This document shows, piece after piece, positions 48,325 to 60,020 of a stretch of 64,000 bases of DNA (position 1 is the first letter of the stretch; each line of letters begins with the position of its first letter). The notes beneath the pieces were generated by a model, which made no database searches, was not told the origin of the DNA, and worked only from the letters and a program-made list of their open reading frames with translations. The DNA comes from Camelus dromedarius (lineage: Eukaryota): NCBI RefSeq assembly GCF_036321535.1, contig NC_087437.1, positions 122,452,001 through 122,516,000 of the forward strand, read 5' to 3'. The position numbers and the translations under genes are program-made.

Positions 48325-50883
48325 GTGTTTCTGTTAATGAAACAACCTCACACTCATAATGGCTGATCTTTTAACTACATTTAGCAAGAAAGCCACAGAA
48401 GCTATATTAGGCTCATAAAATCTATTTGAAAAATAACCAAGACCCTGAAATATGAAGAAATATACCAGTATCCTAAATGGAAAATTTTAATATCATGAAA
48501 GTAGCAGTTTCTAAATTAACTTGTGAACGAACTGTAGTCCAGTCTGATTACCAGTGGCTGATTTTTTTCCCCTAAACCTGGAGTTGGAAATAAAAACACA
48601 TTTGAAGGAGAAATGTTCTGAGAGTAGTCAGTACATTTTTGAGAAAGAATACCAGTGAGAAGGACTGGCCTTCAGGGTGTTAACCAGGTCGTATACACTT
48701 GATAGTCCCAACAGGAGGTTGTTGGTGTGGTGCAGACAAGCCCGATCAGTGTAAGAGAAGGGGGTCTGGAGATGACTGAGGAGAATTCAAAGGAGGGAGA
48801 ATTCATTTAATAACTGGCGCCATCCCTTTGCAGGCAGCAGGGACCCTCTTCCTCCCCACCGTTAGTGCACATGAACTTCAGAAGGATTAAAGCTCTAAAT
48901 ATGTTTGTAATTTCAAAACTTGCAAAATTCAGGAGAATATTTGAATAACCTTTGAGTGGGGATTACAAGATAGGAGACCTAGAATTTAGAAAGGGAAAGA
49001 AAGGCAGGTCTTCTTGGCTCCCCGGAAACGAAAACACTGCAGGATGACTGAGCTGCGGTAGCCGGGCTGCTGCTCTGGGAGGTACGCAGCCCAGGTGGTG
49101 CCTCCAGCCGACTGGGTGTCCCCAGCCCCTAGGGCTCATTACTGGATGAAGTTAACATACTCAAAGAAGAGGACACACAGTTGGGCATAAACATCATGGT
49201 ATGTTCAGCCTCCCTAGTAGATGGAAATGCAGGTTAGTGAACCATTCTTCTCCGACCAGACGGCAAAACTGTGAAACTTGTAGCATCCAGTGCTGACAAG
49301 GACGTGGGGAAATGGCATATTGTGGGAGTGCGATCGCTGTAGTCTCTCTGGAAAGATATCCTGTTATCTGTTAAGATTAAAAATATACCTGCTCTTTGAA
49401 CCAATGACTTCCCATTGGGTTTTATGTCTTTGATGAATAAAGGAATCACTGTCTCGTGTAAGGAGGTCCACATGCATCTACGTCACTGCAGTGTGCCTGT
49501 TTATAACCCAAAATGCATGAGGTTCTGTGTATTCTCATCATGAACTTGAAAGAAATTTTATCTAGTCACAGGAAACAAAAAGCCAAAAGCAGTGATGATC
49601 AGTATTTCTCTATGTTTGCATATGTGTATGTACATATACATATACGTGTATATGTTCAAATTTTGAAGAGCTAAACATCGATTTCCAGAGAGGGTCTTCA
49701 TGTTGTGTCAGCTGCAAAACTAGCACCCCCCAGCACAGTGCTTAAAACAACAGCAACAGCATCTGCTCTGCCCACAAACCTGCAGGTGGCCAGACTCAGA
49801 GAGCCACTCCTCCATGTCTGTGGAGCCAGGGCCGGTGTCCTGGGAGGGCTCTTCCATCACAGCTGTGGCATCAGTGCTGGGAGCCTCAGGCAGCAGAGCA
49901 CTGTCCCCACCAGCCTCTGCCCCTCTGTCCTCCCACATGCCTTCTCAGTGTGTCTTCACAGACAGCCCGGGGGACCTTTCATGACCAGCCTCAGAAATCA
50001 CCCAACATCACTTCTGCCATGCTGGGTCCATCGGAGGTCACGACCCATCTGGGCTCGAGCATGGTGGGCTGCTGCTTTCCAGGGAGTAGTAGGGGCTGGG
50101 GAGCTGGTAGGGCTGGAGTCCCTGCCAGCCGTTTTTATGAGACGTCTTGAAACAAAAGCTAAAAATAGACTTTTTTGATGAAGCACAACTGAAGGCTCTG
50201 CTCTAGGCTGTTCTCAGATGCTAACAAATTAGGACCCAGACAGCATCGGGACTGTGCCTGATGACCCTGTACACCGGTACCTCACTCCTTTACTTACCCA
50301 CAGTGTCCCGATGGCCTATGTGTCAGGGCCATGGACACAAGAGCCCAGGGGACTGCGACGGGGCATGGAGAGCCATCTTCCTGTGGGGTTTGGAGACAGC
50401 AAGCGTCACAGGCTGAGGCAGGCAGCCCCTGAAGCCCCCGAGCCCCTTACTCTTCTTTTTCTCTGGTTCCATATCTCTGCTTATCTGAGGTGGCTGGCAA
50501 CACCCCATGATGGGGTGGGCTGTTCCCACTGGGTTTGCTGACACCATGGACAGTGCCAGGAAGAGTGACATGGGCCACTTCACCAAGGGCCTCCCCTCGA
50601 GGGCCTGCCCGGCGCTGTATGTGCTGTGCTGCTGGGCTCAGGGCCAGCTGCACGATGGTCATGGGTGACGAGGCAGGGCTGGGCTGGGTGCTGCGGGCAA
50701 GGGAGGGACATTGACGGCCCCATCCTGGCTTCCAGATTCAGGGTCTCCTGGGTGTTGGGGGCCACCACAGGGTGCATACACTTGGTCATGGGTGCTATGC
50801 GGCTCTGTGAGCAGTGTGTGCTGTTTCCATTATTGGAAAAGCAAATTGTTGACACAGGATGTTTTCATAACCTTGTGTTTCAG

Positions 50884-51003
50884 GAGTAGATCCATCTCTA
50901 CAAGCAGAGAGTAGGACCTCCGGGTCCTTACAAGCCACAGCCCCAGCAGCCAAACAGCAGAAGCCACGGCCCAGCAACGCCCGGGACGAGCGCTTCAGGT
51001 CAG
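50884..51003 (+). CDS. DIP2A: DIP2A exon 3 (120 nt)
   Basis: gtttcag|GA...G|gtaggg; VDPSLQAESRTSGSLQATAPAAKQQKPRPSNARDERFRS. Confidence 0.95.
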
Positions 51004-52260
51004 GTAGGGACCTGAGACCCGCAGGCCCCGCTCGGACACTGCGTCTCTGCTCAAGAAATTGTCTCCCCTTGAATGATAATTTATCACATCATATTTTTCA
51101 AGAGAAAATATAACTTCCACATAACTTAGTAGGTTTTCATCTGGCCTGAGTGTGAGTGCTCTCTTAGGGGATGCTCATAAGAAACCTTCCTTTCCCTAGC
51201 AGAGTAGTTTCTGTAAATGTTTGTGTCCATCTTTCTACCTAGATCTTTGCGGTTGGGGTTGGTGGTTTTCTTCGTTAGGGACCAGCTTTACTACTATAGG
51301 TGTTTTAGGATTTTTTTTTTCTTTTTCTGATTTTGGAGATTTCCTTCTAATTAGGTTTCTGCCACTCTATCAGTGCTTTTGTAAGTATTTAACTTTGTCT
51401 CTGGCATTTTATTTAAGTTATCAGAACATCCATTGAAAAAATTCATGCCTTCAGTTATAAATTACATATCAATAACTTTTGAATACACTTTCACCTGTTT
51501 AACAATATTCTCACTGTTGTGCGGTTGTGTATTTCCTTTATACTTAAACTCTTTCAGTAAGCCTTTATATAAAGAAAAAAATCCAACAGAGGTAAAGAAA
51601 TGGACATTTATAAAATATCTAAAAAGAACATTAAGATTTTAACTGTTTTGTCAACAAGGGAGTGTGATGAAGGAATCTGAGAAATTTTTGATCAAATAAT
51701 TTCTTACCAATTTAATATACATTTAAAAAATATAATAGTTTCTTTTCTGATAACATAAATGATACATGCAGTACAAGATATTACATCAAATCTAAGGACA
51801 AAAGGAAATATCACCTTATCTGAATCCTGTGATGGGCTATCAGCATTTCACTGAACATCGTCTTCTTTAGCCCTGGGTACAACAAAAGCACATGCATGTA
51901 CATGCTCCACAAGTGGGGTCCTGTGAAGATCTCCTTCTAGTCCCTGCCTTCCTCATTTCCCTGCCTTCCGTCTCCTCTCCGTCTCCTGGTAACTGACACT
52001 GATGAACTGCTACTTCTGCCCTTGGGAACTGTATCTGGTTCTCATCCTTTATGTTCTGAAAGCAGGACCTTTATCATAAATATGCTTTGCTCATATTTTC
52101 TCCAAGCCTTGTGTTGTCTTTGCATTCTCTTAGCGTGGCCTTTGTAGCAGTTTTTAATTTTAATGAAGTCCATCTTACCAGTTTGTTTTCATGAATAGTG
52201 CTTTTGTTCCTGTCTCTAAGAAATCTTTGCCAAACCCAAGGTCACAAAGATTCTCATCTG

Positions 52261-54292
52261 CCAAGAAGAAATAAGTCATTTGAACAGACCAATCAGTAGG
52301 AGCAAAATAGGATTAGCAATAAAAAACCTCAAAAGTTCAGGACCACATGGCTTCACTGGGGAATTCTACCAAACATACAAAGAAAAACTCATACCAATCC
52401 TTCTCAAACTCTTCCAAAAGATTGAAGAGGAGAGAATACTCCCATACTCATTCTATGAAGCCATCATCACCCTGATACCATAACCAGACAAAGACACTAC
52501 CAAAAAAGAAGACCACTGTCCAATATCGTTGATGAACATAGATGCAAAAATCCTCAACAAAATATGAGCAGAATCCAACAACACATAAAAAATTACACAC
52601 CATGATCAAGTTGGGTTCATCCCAGGGACACAGGATGGTTCAGCATACACAAATCAATCAATGTGATACACCACATCAACAAAAGAAAGAACAAAAACCA
52701 CATGATCATCTCAATAGATGCAGAAAAAGTATTTGACAAAATTCAACACCCATTTATGATTAAAAACTCTTACCTAAGTGGTTATAGATGGAACATATCT
52801 CAACATAGTAAAAGTTATTTATGACAGACCTACAGCCAACATAATACTCAATGGTGAGATGTTGAAAGCCTTCCCACTAAAATCTGGAACAAGACAAGGA
52901 TGCCCACTCTCACCAGTTCTATTCAACATAGCCTTGAAAGTCCTAGCCACAGCTGTCAGGCAAGAAAAAGAAATAAAAGGGATCCAAATTGAAAGAGAAG
53001 AGGTGAAACTGTCACTATATGCAGATGACACGACATATATATCGAAAACTCTAAAAGCTCCATACAAAAACTACTAGAGCCGTTGAAAGGATTCGGCAAG
53101 GCAGCAGAACACAAGAGTCACACACAGAACCCAGTTGCACTTCTTTACACTAGCAATGAAATACCAGAAAAGGAAAGTAAGGAAATAATCCCTTTTGAAA
53201 CCTCATCCAAAAAAGTAAAACACTTAGAAATAAATCTGACCAAGGAGGTGAAAGACTTGTAAGTGGGGAACTACAAAACATTGATGAAGGAAATTACGGA
53301 TGACTTAAAGAAACGGAAAGACACCCCATGCTCTTGGATTAGAAGAATTTAACAATATTGTTAAAATGGCCATACTATCCAGAGCAATCTACAGATTTAA
53401 TGTGATCCCTATCAAATTACCCAGGACATTTTTCACAGAACTAGAACAAATAATCCTAAAATTTATATGGAATCACAAAAGACCCAGAATTGCCAAAGCA
53501 ATACTGAAGAAAAAGAATGAAGCTGGAGAAGCAACCCTCCCAGACTTCAGACAGTACTACAGAGCTACAGTAATCAAAACAGCATGGTGTTAGCACAAAA
53601 CCAGACATGGATCAATGGAACAAAATAAAGAGCCCAGAAATAACCCAGAGACCTGCTGTTAATTAATCTTCAGCAAAGGAGGCAAGAATATATAATGGAG
53701 AAAAGACAATCTCTTCAGCAAATGGTGTTGGGAAAACTGGACAGCAGCATGTAAATCAATGAAGTTAGAATACTCTGTCACACTATACACAAAAATAAAC
53801 TCAAAATGGCTTAAAGACTTAAACATCAGACAAGACACTGTAAACCTCCTAGAAGAAAACATAGGCAAAACATTTTCTCACATAAATCTTAGCAGTGTTC
53901 TCCTAGGTCAGTCTACCCAGGCAATACAAATAAGAGCAAAAAATAAACAAATGGGACCTAATTGAGCATACAAGCTTTCTCACAGCAAAGGAAATCATAA
54001 GCAAAACAAAAAGACAACGTATGGAATGGGAGAAAATATTTGCAAAAGATGAGACTGATAAGGGTTTAATTTCCAGAATAAACAGCTCATACAACTTAAT
54101 AACAACAAAAAAATAAACAACCCAATCCAAAAATGGGCAGAAGACTTAAGCAGTTCTCCAATGAAGACAGAAATGGCCAATAGGTACATGAAAAAATGCT
54201 CAATATCGCTAATTATCAGAGAAATACAGATGAAAACTACAATGAGGTATCACCTCACACCAGTCAGTATGGCAGTCATTCAAAAGTCCATG
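52261..54292 (+). mobile_element. Younger LINE-1 ORF2 internal fragment (RT domain), no 3'UTR or poly(A)
   Basis: [49 protein letters not shown] (YADD at 53018-53029); [13 protein letters not shown]. Confidence 0.95.
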
Positions 54293-54855
54293 AACCATTT
54301 GTTGGGAAAGTGTTGCCTTTGCTCCTTGTCTAAAAACAGCTGCCTGTGTGTGTGGTTTTCTTTCTGGGCTCTGTCCTGTTCTGTTGATGAATTTGTCTGT
54401 CTTTATAGTGGAGTTGTGCTCCCTCAGTGATTGCAGGTTGACAATAATTGTTGGCATCAGGATTGTTATTCCTCCAGGTTGTTCCTTATCATTGTTGTGT
54501 TGTGTGTGTGAGTCTCCTCTGGCACTTTTTAGATTTTTTCTCTTTACCATTGGCTTTGAGTGATTTGGTTATGATGTGCCTTGGTGTAGTTTTCTTTGTT
54601 TCTTGTGCTTGGGGTTTTTGAGCTGCTTGGATCTGTTGCTCTATACCCTGTCGTGCTGGCATTGTCTAGGTTTTTAGTTATGGGTTGTGCTATCCGTGCG
54701 TAGGTTTTTGTTTGTTTCTAAGACAGCAGTAAAGTTCACAGTGTGTGCTCACGGCCACAGCCAGGTCAGTTGCAGGGGCTCCTAGATTTCTCTCTCTCCT
54801 GAGCACTGTCTCCCGTTGAGTGTTTTTGGTTTTATGTCTGGGAATTTTTCTTTTA

Positions 54856-56555
54856 CCTTTTTTTTTTTTAATTGAAGTCTAGTCAGTTTACAATGTTGTG
54901 TCAATTTCTGGTGTACAGCGCAATGCTTCAGTCATACATGAATATACATATATTTATTTTCATATTCTTTTTTACTGTAAGCTACTACCAGATACCAAAT
55001 ATAGTTCCTTGTGCTGTACAGTATAAACTTGTTTCTCTATTTTATATACACCAGTCAGTATCTGCATATCTCGAACTGCCAATTTATCCCTTCCCACCCC
55101 TATCCCCCCTGTAACCATAGTTTGTTTTCTATGTCTGTGAGTCTGTTTCTGTTTTATAAGTAAGTTCATTTGTCTTTTTTTTTTTACATTCCACATATGA
55201 GTGATATCATATGGTATTTTTCTTTCTCTTTCTGGCTTACTTCACTTAAAATGACGTTCTCCAGGGCTATCCATGTTGCTGCAAATGGCATTATTTTATT
55301 ATTTTTTATGGCTGAGTATTATTCCATTGTATAAATATACCACAACTTCTTTATACAGTCATTTGTCAGTGGACATTTATGTTGTTTCCATGCCTTGGCT
55401 ATTGGAAATAGTGCTGCTATTAACATTGGAGTGCTGGTGTCTTTTTGAAGTAGGGTTCCTTCTGGATATATGCCCAGGAGTGGGATTACTGGGTCATATG
55501 GTAAGTCTATTCCTAGTCTTTTGAGGAATCTCCATACTGTTTTCCACCATGGCTGCATCAAACTGCATTCCCACCAACAATGTAGGAGGGTTCCTGTTTC
55601 TCCACATCCTCTCCAGCATTTATTGTTTGTGGACTTCTGAATGATGGCCATTGTGAGTGGTGTAGGGTGATACCTCATGGTAGTTTTGATTTGTATTTCT
55701 CTGATGATTAGCTGTATTGAGCATTTTTTCATGTGCCTGTTGGCCATTCCTATGTCTTCATTGGAGAATTGCTTGTTTAGGTCTTCTGCCCATTTTTGGA
55801 TTGGGTTGTTTGTTTTTTTCTTATCAAGTTGTATGAGCTGTTTATATATTTTTGAGATCAAGCCCCTGTCAGTTTCATCTTTTGCACATATTTTCTCCCA
55901 TTCTGTAGGTTGTCGTTTTGAACATTTTCTAGGGTAGATCATGTACTCAGGCACAAAAGAAGCCTCAACAATTTTAAGAAGATAGTAATTATTTCAAGCA
56001 TCTTTTCTGACCACAATGCCATGAAACTAGAAATCAACCACAGAAGAACAAAGGAGAAAAAAACAACAGCATGGAGATTAAACAACATGCTACTAAAAAA
56101 CCAATGGGTCAATGATGAAATCAAAGAATAAATTAAAAAGTACTTTGAGACAAAAGACAATGCAAACACAACCACACAAAATCTATGGGCTGCAGCAAAA
56201 GCAGCCCTAACAGGGAAGTTCATAGCAATCAATACAGGCTTTCCTCAAAAAGAAGAACAATTTCAAATAAATAATCTAATCTACCAGCAAAAAGAATTAG
56301 AAAAAGAAGAGCAAACAAAACCAAAAGTCAGCAGAAGGAAGGAAATAATAAGGATCAGGGAAGAAACAAATAAAACAGACATTTTTAAAAAATTAGAAAA
56401 AATCAAACCACAAGCTGGTTTTTTTGAAAGAGAAAACAAAATTGACAAACTGCTGGCCAGGCTCACCAAGAAGAGAAAAGAGAGAACACAAATAAACAAA
56501 ACAAGAAAGGAAAGTGGAGGAATTACAACCAATACCACAGAAATACAAAACATCA
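54856..56555 (-). mobile_element. Younger 5'-inverted LINE-1 insertion (twin-priming type)
   Basis: Poly(T) 54858-54869; antisense 3'UTR and ORF2 C-terminus ([28 protein letters not shown]) to ~55918; then sense EN-region fragment (SDHNAMKLEI) to ~56555; TSD-like 17/19 repeat at 54837-54855 and 56556-56574. Confidence 0.88.
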
Positions 56556-58538
56556 TCTGGGAATATTTCTATTAGACACCCAGGTTTAAAGGATAGTTTC
56601 ACTGGTTATAAAATTCTAGGTTCGACACTTTTTTCTTCAACTGTGATGCCTTCCTGTGCCCAGTGGTTGCTTTTGAGTAAAATCAGTCTGTTTCTTGATC
56701 CTTCAAGATGATTTACTCTTTCTCTCTGGAAGCTTTCTTTTAGAACTGTCTCATTGTCTTTGCTGTTTGTAAATTTTATTTTAATGTCTAGGTGTGAATT
56801 TTTCATCTTTCCTGATTTGCACCCTATGAGCCATGTTACTGTAATGTTTCTAAATGTTTTAAAGACATTTTGTTGGAGAAAAATGTAAACATGTTCAGAA
56901 GCAGACTTACTCGTGTAATAACCTCCTGGACTCATTGTCCAGCCCCCACAGTTCCCAGCCGTGCTCAGTCTTGGATTCATTGTTGACCACTGCTTCCTCC
57001 CCTCTCATGTGGTTTTGAAGCAAATCTCAGAGATCATGTTATTTCGCTTAGATGTAACAATATTCTTGGTCTCTGTATCTGAAAAGAAGACGTGTATCTC
57101 TGAAAGGTGCATACAATTGTTACAGAACAGTTAACAATAATTCCTTAGTATCAAATGCCCAAATGTTCATGTGGCTTTTAAAAACAGTTTATTTGGGCCC
57201 AAAACCAAGTAAGATGTACACATCACGGTGGTTGATATGTGCTTCCAGCCTCTTGATAGCTCAGTCCCGGGGCCTGGGCTGTGGTCTGGCGGCTCCTCTG
57301 AGAGGGTTGCCCTCAGCTCCCTAGGCTCTGACAGGTCGACTGGGGTCCCCATTGTTCCTAAGACTTCTCCAGGTTGCACCACGACGCACAACGGGCCTGA
57401 TTCTCTGTCTTCCTGGGATGCTGGCAGACCACTAGTTCATTGGAGTGGCAGAGTGGTGACTCCCTGCAGAGGCTTGACTGCTTCTGTGAGGACGAAGTCC
57501 TGCTCGCTCGCTGGAGGTACAGGAGAGCCCGGATCAGTCTTCAACTCGTTCCATTTATTTCCATTTCCATTTACAAAGCAGTGGATTGGGTCATCAGCCT
57601 CCTCCGATGGCAGCCAGTTAATTTTGCCTCCTCCCTCCCTTCCTGCCTTTTCTTTCACCCTGTTTTCAGCACGTAGTTGGTGCTCAGTTCTGGCCAGTGT
57701 TTACCTTTGGTGACACTCAAATGCCCATCCTTAGCTGCTGGGAGCAGCTCCACACGCCCTCCAATTTGTGTTGTTGGGCCGTGTGCTTTTGGGCTGTTGG
57801 GATGAGATGCTCCTGCCCCCCAACCCTGGAACTTGCCTTCCTCGGGGTTCTTGTAGTGAGGCTGGTGTTTGAAGACCGTAGCCCAGGTGCTGGGGATGCT
57901 CCTTGCTTTTGGGCTGGTCCTTGTTTCTGGACATTTTTAGCGGACGGAGGTAAGTCATACTAGTTAAAGATAAAATGCCATGAGCGTTCATGCTGACGGT
58001 TTCCATTCAGTTCAAGACTGCAACATTTCCCCTCACTTCCTTGGTCTCCTCTCTCCCTCACGAGTTCTGTTTCCAGGGAGGGTCGATGGAATAGACAGTC
58101 AGGCCCTGCTCCACTTAGAAACGCTGTGTGTGTGGTGTCCCCATGCCCACCGGCCGTGTGACCTCAGGAAGAGCTGGCACCCTGCACTTGACTCTGCCTG
58201 TCCCTGAGCTGCATCTGGAGCAGCGAGCTGAACAGTCTGACTCCAGTGCTTTCTCACCACTCGCAGTGGGTGTGTCACAACCAGGACACATTAGGGTCAT
58301 CTGCTTCATTGTGTTTTCAGTGTGGAGATTTCTTCTTTTTGATTTAAATCTATGAAAATATTTGCCAAGTGAAGTCTACAAACAAAGGAGTATTTATGGA
58401 AATCTAGTGCCAGGCCAGTATGTGAGGCCCACTGTAGGCCCAGCTTCTCTACTCAGTGGAGGAAACACGGACCTTGGTTTTGCTACCCACTAGTGGAACC
58501 CAGTGACATGTGTTTCTGCTGCTGTCATTTCTGTGCAG

Positions 58539-58658
58539 ATGTTCATACCGAGGCCGTGCAAGCAGCTTTGGCCAAATACAAGGAGAGGAAGATGCCGATG
58601 CCGTCGAAGAGGCGCTCCGTCCTTGCTCATGCGCCAGTGGGTGCCTGCACCCCTCCAG
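58539..58658 (+). CDS. DIP2A: DIP2A exon 4 (120 nt)
   Basis: ctgtgcag|AT...G|gtacgg; DVHTEAVQAALAKYKERKMPMPSKRRSVL. Confidence 0.97.
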
Positions 58659-59810
58659 GTACGGAGGCCGGGCCATGGCCTGGCGAGGGTCCCTGAGGCG
58701 GAGCTGTCTCCTGACGGTAGAGAGGAGAATGGGAGAAGCTGGACGTGGGCAGCGTCTGCGTGTGCCCCTTGCCCCAGCCAGTGCTCACTGCCCACACGGC
58801 AGGCTCCTCTGGGGCAGATACTCGCCTCCAGCAGGATGCCTGCGGATTTTCAGTTTTCGCTGAGATGCGATTTGTGTCTTGTGGTAAAGAGAAGATCCCA
58901 GAGGGAGTGCTTGGTGGGGTGAGTGTTTCTGGAGGATCTTAAAGCTGTTCTCATCTTACTAGCTGTTATTTTCTGTGTTGTTAGCAGGCCTTAAATGGGA
59001 GAGTATGAGGCTATTGGTGGGTTTTGATTTATTTTCTTACTGTTGTTTCGTTGTCATCACCATTAGAAATGGGAACTTTTATGTGGGGTTTCTCTTCAGG
59101 GTAGCGCATTTTAAGTTTCCTAGGAAACCCTGTCCAGGCATGGCAGATGTGAGGCTAGTGTCCATGTGCCCCCCATCCTGCTGTTTCAGCTGCGATGCTG
59201 GTGACGTGTGTGTGTGGGTGATGACGTGATGGTTGGGCACACCAGGCTCCCGAGATAGCGCAGTGTTTGGTGACGTTTCCTTGCTTAAAAAAAAAGTTTA
59301 TACTGTTGAAAATATCTTAGAAATGACTGTCAAATTATTGTTTCTACTAAATATAATTACAGACACTACCTAGTTTTTAAAGAACTTTCTAATAATTGTG
59401 AAACCCACTATAAAACCAAGTTGTGCTGGCTCGACAGAACCTGAGTTCATCTTAATTTTATTGCTGGAGCTCGTTCACGTCCCCTGAGAGGGCACAGGTG
59501 ACGGCCACAAAGCTGCCTTGGGCTTGTGTGAAGGCGTGCAGGGCATGCACAGAGCACTGGGCCCCTCTGCCATCCGGGCCCCATGGGGCAGGGTGCGGCC
59601 ATCTGCACTCCCGGGCGTGGTGACCCGAGACCCAGTCCCCTGCACTGCTTCCCGAGCAGCCCTTGGATCCCACCGTCGGTCAGATGCAGGCCCTTCTAGA
59701 CGTCTGGGCGCAGCCAGCGGTGCGCAGAGCATGGGTCCAGAGCCATGTGGGAGCCCCGCTGCCCCGAGGTTGCACCCACACCACACCTGTCCTCGTTGTT
59801 TCAACCACAG

Positions 59811-60020
59811 ACACATCATCCGCCTCAGAAGACGAGGGCTCTTTGCGGCAACCCGGGCAACTGGCCTCCACTCCACTCCAGAGCTGCCCCAGTGTTGAGC
59901 CCTGGCTCGACCAGGTCATTCAGGGCTCGTCCACCTCATCCTCTGCATCCTCCACCTCATCTCACCCGGGAGGGAAGCCCGCTGCCGCACCCGCAGGCCC
60001 CGTGGCCCACGCCCGCATAG
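59811..60020 (+). CDS. DIP2A: DIP2A exon 5 (210 nt)
   Basis: accacag|AC...G|gtcagt; TSSASEDEGSLRQPG..VEPWLDQVIQGSSTSSSASSTSSHPGG. Confidence 0.95.
   Translation, partial: THHPPQKTRALCGNPGNWPPLHSRAAPVLSPGSTRSFRARPPHPLHPPPHLTREGSPLPHPQAPWPTPA

Noticed and set aside
49615..49656. Alternating purine-pyrimidine (TA/TG/CA) tract
   Set aside because: Short degenerate microsatellite, common in mammalian introns
52261..56555. Potentially active LINE-1
   Set aside because: ORF2 is fragmented, has stops and frameshifts, and lacks a linked promoter or ORF1
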